Positions 22,121-32,101 of a stretch of 49,325 nucleotides of DNA are shown in pieces; positions within the stretch are counted from its first letter, which is position 1; each line of letters starts with the position of its first letter. The DNA is from Trichomonas gallinae (taxonomy: Eukaryota). Under the pieces are notes generated by a model. That model did no database searches. It was not told the DNA's origin and saw only the letters and a program-made list of their open reading frames with translations. The position numbers were made by a program, and so were the translations under genes. Location of the stretch: assembly GCA_008369845.1 (NCBI GenBank), contig MRSU01000049.1:1-49325 (forward strand). The letters are read 5' to 3'.

Positions 22121-23146
22121 CAATAATTATCGAATTTTTCATTTGCAAGAAATTATATCGAACAGTTATGACTTCTCGTTCATTCATATATTACTTGCTA
22201 TCTGATGCATATCATATTGGAACATAAGAAATCAGTCTAATTTATGAATTCCTATTAACTGATAATATTTTATTTGATTTCGATCGATCTAAAGATGTAA
22301 TCAATCGATAATTATTGAAAATAAGATGAATGATCTTGTTTAAAGAGTTGAAATCAGTTTCAAATATTTTCAAATTTTTCAACTTTCGAAATTGGTGTGA
22401 AATATTTGCGAATATATGATCTATAATAGATATGTAGTGTAATGATCGCAATTTCTTACTAAATTCTATGGATTTGAGATTTTTCGAATAATTATTGAAT
22501 GTTCATGGTATTTTCTGTTTCATGTGAGATGCACTACAAAAGAAATGATAACTGATTGAATATGAATGAAATAAAACTTGCCTTGGTTTGGAAAATATTT
22601 TAAATATGAGTAAATTTTTGAATTTGATATGATTTCTAGCAGACTGTAACCTGTTATGATGGATTACATCAAGATTTGTCGCATGTATCAACTACATTAA
22701 TTAAATCGATCGAGCTTTCCTAGTTTAATGCGATGAAAATTAAATGTTAATTGAATAATGGTATCAAATGTTGATAATTTGTTCGATATTTTGAATAAAG
22801 GTCCAAAAATCGTCGTCGTTTGTGTAATTCGAATTTGATTTTGTTGATAAATGAATAATTAACTAAATCTGAAACTATAAACATCATATGATACTTATAA
22901 CTAATAACTTAGTCATCAAAAACTTGATCAAATATTTGTTTTCAAACATTTAAAAAATTAAAGGTCCACAGACGAAGCTAATGAGGAGAGTAACACCAAT
23001 GCATGCATATAATTGACTTGGTAGATACTGAAATATTTCAATCTCTGTCGGTTGAACCTTGAAAAAAAAAATTAAAAAAAATATTGACACTTTTTTGATT
23101 TTGTATTTTTGACACTTTACATTTTTTTAATTTTTCGGAAAAAAAT

Positions 23147-24019
23147 ATGATTGATAAAGAATTATTTGACTTACACGAAAATTTAGAGCCTGATGATATA
23201 ACAGATGATAGTGTGCCTACAAGAAAGCGATGGTATCAAAGATGGTGGTTTAAGTTTATTATTGGAGTCGTAATCTTTTTATTGATACTAACAATCATCA
23301 TTGTCTTATTAGCTGTTTATCTCGATTACGGTCAGTGTGGTAGAACGTGCAGGATCAAATTCTGTGATCCACTTGATTCGAAATGTTTAATCAGCAACAT
23401 GATTAAAGGATGGAGAACAAGAGCTTCCAATCGAAAGAAATGCACATGCTACGCACCAAAAATCTTTAATGGAACGAGAATAATAAATCGATATGTTGAA
23501 CCCACTGATACTTGGTCGTTGGACAACAGGACAATCACATATTGTGCAGTTCCTCCTGATAATAACTATACAGGTGACGCAATAACATATCCAACGAGAA
23601 AAGAAGCTGAAAATGCAAATGCTTTTCTATTACATCAAGGACCCTGTGGGCAGTGCTCAACTATATCAGATAAGAAAGCTTATGAGAAAACTAGACTGAA
23701 TCTAACAAAAATCTCAACGAAAGCGACTTTCTTCGGTTTATTGTCAAGAAAATTTGCTGTTAAATTTATGAAGAGGACTGAACTGAGCAATGACTGCGTT
23801 GAATGCTGGGTAGAAAACATGAGACACACAGTCATTCATTGCTTCACGCGCTGCATGTTCGGAGACAGATCGGGATGCAATAAAAATGGCGAATTAACTG
23901 ATTGTTTACTATGCGATGAAGTTCATTCTGGAGTTTTCTTCAGGCAATGTGCTGGAATGACGAGAAGAAGAGCTGGAATCCAAACTGATATTTGCAGGAA
24001 GCCTGGTGAAATCAAATAA
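23147..24019 (+). CDS. Type II membrane protein with an uncharacterised Cys-rich extracellular domain
   Basis: Acidic N-terminus, basic RKRWYQRWW, one long hydrophobic helix, then HQGPCGQCS...CVECW..N...T..HC...C...CN..G.L..CL.CDE..SG..F...AG.TRRRAGI. Confidence 0.85.
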   Translation: MIDKELFDLHENLEPDDITDDSVPTRKRWYQRWWFKFIIGVVIFLLILTIIIVLLAVYLDYGQCGRTCRIKFCDPLDSKCLISNMIKGWRTRASNRKKCTCYAPKIFNGTRIINRYVEPTDTWSLDNRTITYCAVPPDNNYTGDAITYPTRKEAENANAFLLHQGPCGQCSTISDKKAYEKTRLNLTKISTKATFFGLLSRKFAVKFMKRTELSNDCVECWVENMRHTVIHCFTRCMFGDRSGCNKNGELTDCLLCDEVHSGVFFRQCAGMTRRRAGIQTDICRKPGEIK

Positions 24020-24606
24020 CTATGTAACGCTCGGCAAATGACCTTCTGACGATAGTTTCAGATGTGTTATTAAGATTTCATTACAGAAATCAAATTATTA
24101 TAATTAATTTTCTTATATGTTTGTAATTACGTAAATGCTACTGCGTACTTCTATTTTTGGTGTTAACTAATGATGTTTTCGTATTTAGCATGAATGGTTT
24201 CTTGATGGAAACCGGAGAAAAATGAAAAATAATGATTTGGATTCGTCAAATGAACGCTATATATGTGACTTTATTAGATATATGGCAGTGCTTATGACAT
24301 CAGTAATGACTGAGACAGCATCTCATGAAACGAAAGAAGGATATTCTCAAGGCATCAGATTTGGGCGAGAAATTCCTGCTGAAAATTCATGAATTACGTC
24401 ATTTTCTGGCCTAAATATAATCTTGAAGTCAATGATCATAAATGCAATTGATTGATTCCATGCTAATACATTGTTTTATGCGAGAATTTTTTGATTCTTA
24501 TGTAAATAAGTTATATTTAATGAATTTCGCTGTAACTTGTGTCTCTTTCATGCACCGGAAACCATCAATCAAGGTTTGATGTTTTTGGTACTAATATGTT
24601 TAAAAG

Positions 24607-24613
24607 AAAAAAA
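24607..24613 (-). terminator. Pol III oligo-T terminator of tRNA-Glu
   Basis: Run of 7 T on the minus strand 3 nt after the discriminator base. Confidence 0.75.
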
Positions 24614-24616
24614 GTT

Positions 24617-24688
24617 TTCCGACACGGGGAGTCGAACCCCGCTCCAGCGGATGAGAACCGCTTATCCTAACCGATGAACGATGTCGGA
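24617..24688 (-). tRNA. tRNA-Glu (anticodon CTC), intronless
   Basis: Reverse complement TCCGACATCGTTCATCGGTTAGGATAAGCGGTTCTCATCCGCTGGAGCGGGGTTCGACTCCCCGTGTCGGAA. Acceptor stem TCCGACA/TGTCGGA, anticodon arm AGCGG-TTCTCAT-CCGCT, T arm with GTTCGA; 72 nt. Confidence 0.97.
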
Positions 24689-24967
24689 TTCACGCATTTA
24701 ATTTTATTATTAATTAATAAACAAATATATTTTACATCTTTAATTTCAAAAAAAATTTGTCATGTAAATTATCATCTTTGACTGAGAATAACACAAAGTT
24801 GCGGAATCCTTCCAAATTATAAGTGTATACATTACAGTAGGGCCATAAGAATTACATTTTAGATAATCTCAAAAAAGTTTTTCAATCTTCTATTAAATTT
24901 AAATAAACTAGCTTTTGTCACGGTTTTTTACAAAAATTCCTCGTTTAATTTGTTTTTTCAAATATAT

Positions 24968-25067
24968 ACACCTTACTTATTGATCTTAATTTAATTATCA
25001 GATTATAAATAATTCGAATTTAATAGATGATAGAAAGAGATTTAATATAAACACCTTACTTATTGAT
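24968..25067. repeat. 17-bp exact direct repeat ACACCTTACTTATTGAT x2 (83-bp spacing)
   Basis: Copies at 24968-24984 and 25051-25067, downstream of the HAD gene. Confidence 0.75.
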
Positions 25068-25117
25068 GAAAATTTTCAATTAATTGGTTATTGGAAGGAA
25101 ATATATTAATAAGAAAA

Positions 25118-25810
25118 TTATTTTGCGTTTTGCCAATCAAATTCATTGAAATCGAAGTCTTTGAGCGATTTGAGAATGACTGTTGGATGTGCATCAACTT
25201 CTTTTAATGCAATTTGAACTGGTAATTCGTAATCAGGGACCATGACGACTGCCATTCCTGCATTGTTGGCTGCTTTGACTCCACTTGGAGCATCTTCGAA
25301 TACAAGAATGTTTTCAGGGTTTAAGAAGCCTAATTGTTTCATTGATGTTAAAAATATTTCTGGATCTGGTTTTCCTTTGGAAACCTCATTTCCACATGTA
25401 ATTTTGTTGAATTGTGAGAAGAATTCTTTGTGATTTGCGATTTTCGATTCAAAGTTTGTTCTACTGCTGCTTGTTGCAACAGATATTGGTATTTTCCGTG
25501 CAATTAGCTCTTGTACTAACTCTTTAGCTCCAGTAAAAAGTTCTGCTGTTGGAAACACTTTTACCAAAATTTCATCGCGCATTTTAGAGAATTCTTCCCA
25601 TGTATATGGAAGATTAAACTTCTCAACGATTAGTTTGCAAGCATCTGGTGCTGTTAATCCCATTAATTTTCTTCGAAAATCAATTTCAAAGTGATGACCA
25701 GTTAATTGCTCATGCACCTTGGCACCTATAGGCTCTGTATCTAGCAATAATCCATCATTATCAAAAATAACTGCATGAATTGGATGAGGCCATACTTTAG
25801 ATGCAGACAT
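25118..25810 (-). CDS. HAD-superfamily hydrolase (GS1/HDHD1 pseudouridine-5'-phosphatase-like)
   Basis: Motif I VIFDNDGLLLDTE, motif II VATSS, motif III GKPDPEIF, motif IV VFEDAPSGVKAA. Confidence 0.92.
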   Translation of the reverse strand: MSASKVWPHPIHAVIFDNDGLLLDTEPIGAKVHEQLTGHHFEIDFRRKLMGLTAPDACKLIVEKFNLPYTWEEFSKMRDEILVKVFPTAELFTGAKELVQELIARKIPISVATSSSRTNFESKIANHKEFFSQFNKITCGNEVSKGKPDPEIFLTSMKQLGFLNPENILVFEDAPSGVKAANNAGMAVVMVPDYELPVQIALKEVDAHPTVILKSLKDFDFNEFDWQNAK

Positions 25811-26296
25811 TAAAGAAAACTAACATGCAAAAACAAAAGGCATGACACAACAATATTATATGGCACAATAATAAGAAATAATAATTCTGACTTTTTGAGC
25901 TAATTTTTACATGTCAAATGTCAAAAAAAACTTAATTATAAAGTTTGATTGTTGACATAAAGAAAATGACTGTATTGTTAAATTGTCTGACATATAATCA
26001 TCAAAATAGTCATGCAATGAAAATATATGGTCATAACATTTTGATATTCGTGTATAAATGCATTTTTCTCAATGATAATGAAATAGATTTACGTGTCAAA
26101 TGTCAAAAACACATTGATGATTTTATTTTTCGTAACTTGAATCATTATGTGAGTTGGCTCATATGATATTTTATGTCCTATGAAAGTCATAAAATTTATT
26201 TACAGCCATAAATTAGTATGTTGCTACTGATATTATCCATTTTCCAAAAGAAAAATTGTCTTAATTTTACCACCAAAATTTAGATAAAATTGACAG

Positions 26297-26992
26297 ATGG
26301 GGAATTACATAGGAGTTCCTCATCTTTCTTTTTTTGGAGGAGGTGAGCCAAGGGAAGTTTCTGAAGTTTTGGATGAAGAAATTGCCAGCCACTTGAAAGA
26401 AATCGGAGTTAGCACTGTAATTCCAATCCGCAATGAACAACAAAAGGAAATTCACAGCCCTGTAGGCTTGGATCCTCTTCCTTTCCCTTCAATTAAAGTA
26501 GATATTCTTACAATAGCGTTTTCTGCTTCAGAAGAAGGTGAAATGGAAATTTATAACGATAAATACTCGCATACGCATCTATTTGATATCGGAAATAATC
26601 AATTTTACACATTTGACAGACCACCAGGTGAAAATTTCACAGTTAAATTCACATTCCCGAAGAATGAAAATAAATTTTCGAGAATATTCTCATTTACAAT
26701 AAAAAGGAACTGGCAGCCAGTATTAATATCCGATACTATCTACATGAACGATGATGTCATTGAAGTAAACAAAGTTTTCTGTCAAGAAGAATGTAGTTAC
26801 GGCCAACCGGATCCCAATGAGCAGAACATGTGTCTCATTTGTTTCTCAGAGCCAGCAACTGTTATATCATTACCATGCAGACATTGTTCGATGTGCAACG
26901 CTTGTAGCATGAAATTTGCTGCAATGTCAACAAACTGTCCGGTTTGCCGCCAGCCTGTATCAGAACTAATCAATGTGGTCAAAAATACATAA
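26297..26992 (+). CDS. RING-HC (C3HC4) E3 ubiquitin ligase, MGRN1/LOG2-like architecture
   Basis: C-terminal CLICFSEPATVISLPCRHCSMCNACS...CPVCRQPV. N-terminal MG is a possible myristoylation site. Confidence 0.88.
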   Translation: MGNYIGVPHLSFFGGGEPREVSEVLDEEIASHLKEIGVSTVIPIRNEQQKEIHSPVGLDPLPFPSIKVDILTIAFSASEEGEMEIYNDKYSHTHLFDIGNNQFYTFDRPPGENFTVKFTFPKNENKFSRIFSFTIKRNWQPVLISDTIYMNDDVIEVNKVFCQEECSYGQPDPNEQNMCLICFSEPATVISLPCRHCSMCNACSMKFAAMSTNCPVCRQPVSELINVVKNT

Positions 26993-27292
26993 ATTATGAA
27001 TAAAATTGTTTGAATTCTAAAACTACCCAAAATATCAACTGTTTTTCAAAAATATTTCACAGATCTAATCAAGATCTTCAAGAAATTTTGATATTTACCA
27101 TCAAAAATTTTTAGATATTTTGAATTCATTATAAATCAAAGCATGGAATGTATATTTAGCGTATAATTTTTCTAATATTTATATTATTTTAATATTTGTG
27201 TTCAATTTCAAACTTTTAATAATTGAAAAATATTTTCATTAAAGTCATATATATTTACAAAAATAATAACAAAAGGTCGAATAAATAATATA

Positions 27293-29746
27293 TTAATGGA
27301 AAAGGTCGAATAAAGAAGCTGCTGTATGTAATTTTATAACTGATTCAACAGCATCCATTGAAGCTTCGTATGTTTCGTTCTTCATTTCAGGAAGTATAGC
27401 AGATGATATTTGATTCATCAGTCTCTTGCAGTTATCTTCTTCATCAGAATCTTCTGGAATTGGACATGAAACAGACGCTAACTCATTAATGATTGTTGAC
27501 AAGCACTGCATTTCATCTTCCCAGTCTATTTTAGTTGCGATGTTATATAGGAAGAGTGGCATCGCTGAATACGATGGTGTGAAGTTTGGAACTAATATAG
27601 GCATCGAGTAAACTTTGCCTTTTTCGATCGAAATCGAAAAATAATCCATCAACATCGCAGCATTGTTTTCAAGGATTTGCGTGCATTCATCGCCATCTTT
27701 GCCAATGAGTCCAACAGCTACTGCAATATCAACTGGTTTGTCAAGTCTGAATTGCGCGAAATTCTGGAATTTTTCCAAAATTTTTCTTACAAAGAAATCT
27801 TTCAAAATGCCAAACGTGTTACATATATAAAGTCCATCGCCAAATGATATAAGAAAATTCTGAAGGCCAGCGAATCCCAAGAATGTATGTTTTTGAAGAA
27901 TGTTTGTCAATGTTGATGATTGATTCTCAGAGAAATTCTGTCGCATTTGTAGAATAGTTTGAAGCTCAACATTTCTGAATGGTTTGGATATAACTGTTGG
28001 AGGAGTGAACAGTTGCTCAAGCGTCTGCATTCCTATTTCTGCCGCTGATAAAATTTTTGGTTTGTATTTTAGCTCAGAGAATAAACTCGTTCTTTTATCT
28101 GATATTGATGTTTTCTTCGGTTTTTCGATATTTAATGATTGTTTCTTCATAGACTTCGGAATCTTAGGCAGTTCAAAGTTCTCAGGAACTGGTACATCAT
28201 CATCTGAATCAGCATTAGAAGGAATTTCTGGCTTGGGAAGCGAGAAATTCTGTAATGGAATTGGTTCTCTCAAATCAATTGGCTCTGGTAAAACAGCTTG
28301 CTTTTGAACTGGTTCAGGTTCATCTGATGTTGTATTATTATTCGATGATGTTAATTTGATTTTTATTGGAGATTCTTCTTTATTATTGTTAGGTATATCA
28401 ATTTCCGTTTGTTTTGGTGGCTCTTCATCACTGTCAGACAAAAAGCTCGGCGCATTTGTTTCTGGATTATAACTTGGCGGTTTATTAATTTTTTCCTCAT
28501 CATTAATTTTAATTTCTGATGATTTTTCTGGTTTTTGTGATTGCTGTTGGCTTGGGAGATCGATTAATGGGAGCCCTAATAATTGTCTTGCCTTATCTCT
28601 TTGCGATAATTCTTGTGTTTGTTCTTGTTTTTGTGATTCATTCATTTTCGCGATGAATTTATCTATTTGTGGGCTTTGCGTTCCTTTCTGTGTTGATTTT
28701 GGTGTGTGAGTCCTCTCTTTCATTGGTAATACTGGCCTTGATCCACGACGAAGTTCCAGTGACTCTTTGATCTTCTTGTGGATCTCTTCGCCGATTTCTA
28801 TTTCACCGATGAATTTAACTGTTTTCTTTGATGGATGAACATTGACTTCCACGCATTCGACTGGCATGACAATAATCAAGAAGTAAAAAGGATTGATTCC
28901 TGAGCCAATGGATTCTGTGTATGCTGTGTCTATTTGCCTCTTGATTGTCTGGCATTGTACTAATCTTCCATTTATAAAAATCGCGTTCATCTTCTTTTTG
29001 GATGAGAAAGAAGGGGAAGACAAGAACATTGTCGCTGTTACATTCGGATATGGTGAAAAACTGAGTGTGAAAATGGATTTCGTGTCTTCGATATCGAATA
29101 ATAGCTTAAGAACATCTTCTGTTTTCGAGCTTCCGTAAGTTCTGAGTAATTCTTTTCCGTTTGACTCCAAAATAAAACTAATGTTAGGATATGTAACTGA
29201 GTATTGTGAAACAACCTCCAAAATCTTCTTTGTGTCTGATGTTGCTTTTGGTCGCGCATTAAGTCTTAATCGATTATTATAGAAAAGATCGCGTACTTCT
29301 ATATTGGTTCCTTCTGTGAATGCTATGCCTTTGAGCTCTGAAACCATTTTCCCATCCTGATATTCAGCTTGATATCCTAAAGATTCTTGATATGTTTTCG
29401 TAGTAATCGTAACATGTGCACAACAAGACATAGAAAACAATGCTTCGCCTCTAAATCCAAAAGTTCCGATTGTTCGTAAATCATTATATTTTTTGAGTTT
29501 AGATGTTGTATGTCGAGCACAAGCGAGTGACATATCGGATTTTCTGATACCTGTTCCATCATCACGTATCTGTATTAGCCCGTATCCTCCATTTTCTATC
29601 GTAATAGCGATTCGATCTGCGCAAGCGTCAATGGAATTTTCGAGTAATTCTTTTACAACGTTTGTTGGCTCAGTAATGATTTCACCAGCTGCTATCTTAT
29701 GAATAACAGAATCGTCTAATTTCACAATATAACCTGGTTCAGTCAT
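27293..29746 (-). CDS. MLH1: DNA mismatch repair protein MutL homologue MLH1
   Basis: GHKL ATPase motifs IAAGE, KELLENSIDA, DDGTGI, HTTSKL, GFRGEAL; EVNVHPSK; Mlh1-type C-terminal ML.DYFSI...P.F....AT.IDWEDE..C. First ATG at 29746. Confidence 0.93.
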   Translation of the reverse strand: MTEPGYIVKLDDSVIHKIAAGEIITEPTNVVKELLENSIDACADRIAITIENGGYGLIQIRDDGTGIRKSDMSLACARHTTSKLKKYNDLRTIGTFGFRGEALFSMSCCAHVTITTKTYQESLGYQAEYQDGKMVSELKGIAFTEGTNIEVRDLFYNNRLRLNARPKATSDTKKILEVVSQYSVTYPNISFILESNGKELLRTYGSSKTEDVLKLLFDIEDTKSIFTLSFSPYPNVTATMFLSSPSFSSKKKMNAIFINGRLVQCQTIKRQIDTAYTESIGSGINPFYFLIIVMPVECVEVNVHPSKKTVKFIGEIEIGEEIHKKIKESLELRRGSRPVLPMKERTHTPKSTQKGTQSPQIDKFIAKMNESQKQEQTQELSQRDKARQLLGLPLIDLPSQQQSQKPEKSSEIKINDEEKINKPPSYNPETNAPSFLSDSDEEPPKQTEIDIPNNNKEESPIKIKLTSSNNNTTSDEPEPVQKQAVLPEPIDLREPIPLQNFSLPKPEIPSNADSDDDVPVPENFELPKIPKSMKKQSLNIEKPKKTSISDKRTSLFSELKYKPKILSAAEIGMQTLEQLFTPPTVISKPFRNVELQTILQMRQNFSENQSSTLTNILQKHTFLGFAGLQNFLISFGDGLYICNTFGILKDFFVRKILEKFQNFAQFRLDKPVDIAVAVGLIGKDGDECTQILENNAAMLMDYFSISIEKGKVYSMPILVPNFTPSYSAMPLFLYNIATKIDWEDEMQCLSTIINELASVSCPIPEDSDEEDNCKRLMNQISSAILPEMKNETYEASMDAVESVIKLHTAASLFDLFH

Positions 29747-30257
29747 AGATTGGGGATAGCTTAACGTACAGTTCTTAATTACCAAAATTTTGTCATGTAA
29801 AATAATTTATTTGGCAGAAATCAAAAATCATTATGTTTGTTTCTGCTCAATTTACAATGAAAACTCATTGATTTATAGCTCAAATCTTCATATAATTTTA
29901 ATGCAAAACCTATACAATCAGCAAACAATACAATTCATTATGATTTTATTGATACTCTAAAATATATCAAAGCAATAATGTTTTTTATAAATGTTACTAA
30001 TAGTTTTATTGGTATTACGATCTTATTTTAACAGTAAATTGCCAAACTAGAAATTTGAAATATGAAATTTCAAACATCGCATTTTCTCGGATTTTATTAG
30101 GATTACACTAATACATAGCTCAAAATAAAATGATCCTAAACAATAAAATACCATATTTACAGTTATGATTTGATTCAAAAATATAATCAAGTTGCAATTC
30201 ATGAAAATAAAGCTTCAAGCGAATAGTGATTAAAGCAAAATAATAGTTTTAATCAAA

Positions 30258-31142
30258 TTAGTATCCATAGATGCGCTTTGATCTGTGATCGCCATACGAA
30301 ACGAATCCTGGAGCAGCTGGGTCATACTCAATGCCACCATTCTTGTTGCCTACAACGAAGTGCATGGATGTTCTTGAATTTCCGCATTCAAGAATTTCTT
30401 TCTCATTACCATTGCAACCAGCATAACGGCCGCCCCATCTATATGTCCTGGCACCAGCAATTGGCTTGATTGCATCCCAGCTGAGAATATAACAATCAGC
30501 TCTCATCCAACCATTGGCAATGGCCTGGTTATATCTGGCATTGCAACCATCGATAGAGTTGACGCCACCGCACCAGCAAAGACTCATGAAACCGCAGCCC
30601 CATCTTCTGATGTTGGAATTGAATCTTGAATCTCCTTGTCTGATGACTTGACCTGGCTGTGGATGTGGCTGTGGTTGTGGGGATGGACCTGATCCACCAG
30701 TCAAAGCAACATAATCGGCGCAGACCCAGCCCTGCGGGATTCTATACCAGTTTCCGTTGATGTTTTGGATAACAATCTTTGTTCCTTGCCAGAGCCCTCC
30801 AACTATGCCATAGTTTGTGCCTGGGCCAGAACGGATATATACACCATTGGTCGTTCCAGTGATGACCGCGTTAACACGCACAAACTCGGCAAAAGCATAA
30901 CCAGATCTTCCATTAACTATAACTGACCACCAATCCCCACTTCTTCCCGTGACAGTAAATTGTGTCCTATCAGGGATGGCAGTCACTATGCTAGCAGATG
31001 TTGAAGGCTGAGAACGAATGTTAATTCCGTTATTAGATGCAACATATCCTGTTCCCTGCGCATTTGACTCCACTGGATGTCTATAAGACGTTCTTCCACG
31101 GTAGTGCCTACAGCTTGAAGCTGCAAACAATAAGCTGAGCAT
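30258..31142 (-). CDS. Secreted protein with two bacterial SH3b domains and a C-terminal papain-fold (DUF261/C39-like) domain; putative cell-wall hydrolase, copy 1
   Basis: Short hydrophobic leader MLSLLFAASSC. SH3b motifs INIRSQPSTSASIV...GDWWSV..NGRSGY and YIRSGPGTNYGIV...NWY...GWV. P/Q linker, then RQGD...WGCGFMSL...HFVVG...YDP. First ATG at 31142. Confidence 0.85.
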   Translation of the reverse strand: MLSLLFAASSCRHYRGRTSYRHPVESNAQGTGYVASNNGINIRSQPSTSASIVTAIPDRTQFTVTGRSGDWWSVIVNGRSGYAFAEFVRVNAVITGTTNGVYIRSGPGTNYGIVGGLWQGTKIVIQNINGNWYRIPQGWVCADYVALTGGSGPSPQPQPHPQPGQVIRQGDSRFNSNIRRWGCGFMSLCWCGGVNSIDGCNARYNQAIANGWMRADCYILSWDAIKPIAGARTYRWGGRYAGCNGNEKEILECGNSRTSMHFVVGNKNGGIEYDPAAPGFVSYGDHRSKRIYGY

Positions 31143-31368
31143 TTTTATAAATTTGTCATGACAAAATTCCCTGAATTTGCGCAACATTCAATTTTCTTAA
31201 TCATCTTTTATCTATTATAGCAATTATAACAAAATGCAAAGTCCATTCATTTCTGATGTTTACATATGTGGCAACTTTTTATGCAAATGATTCTCTTTAT
31301 GGAATATATACGATAACTAGTAAATTGTCAAATTTGACACTTTTGAAATCGACGTTATTTCATTAATA

Positions 31369-31960
31369 ATGGAACCACAGGCATGCTATAGAAACAACAC
31401 TAAAAATAGGAATTCAAAATTTGTCGACCGAAACAAAAAATGAATAAGAAGAGTTTCAACTCGCTTTCTGGTATTGCTATAAGAAGTGAGATCTCTACCA
31501 TATAAAACAACGGTTCGCAAAAAAAATCGAATTATTTTGAAATCGCAAAGTACATCATGTTTAACATGAATATCAAGACATAAGATTAATTCCATCGCAT
31601 TTACAATAACCAGATATACATATGCTAAGTACTTATTTGGGAGCTGCATCACTTTTTTCATGTTTTGATATTCACTCTATGAATATATCAGTAAATTGAT
31701 AATTCCAGCTGAGCTGCATGCTAATTAAAATACTTAATCTCAGTCTACTCAATATCTAAGCAAATTTGGAATCAAATTCTATAGAAGTGTCTCAATTCTG
31801 TTTCTCTTGGATAACATAGATTACTTAATTGCATGGAAAAAGGGTTCAAATGTCATTGATCAAGAATTAATGTAAATATTGTAATTAATCGAGATGATTA
31901 ACAAATACATATTTTCATCATTGCAAAGATCTTCTCTCATTACATGCATTTCTCCATTAA
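31369..31960 (+). pseudogene. Probable decayed ankyrin-repeat gene
   Basis: Initiator TCATT (31360) then ATG 31369. Fragments in shifting frames interrupted by stops: CYKK*DLYHIK, NYFEIAKYI, NNQIYIC*VLI, LKYLISV, LIAWKKG. Confidence 0.35.
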
Positions 31961-32101
31961 TTATTGTAATGATGAAACAACGCTCTAATTCAAAAATTTA
32001 AATTCAATATAACTAGAATTTTATTAGATACCATTTTATCTAGTAATATATGTTTCTCCAGATAATAAGAATTTAATAAAAACTATTTAAATATGTTAAA
32101 T

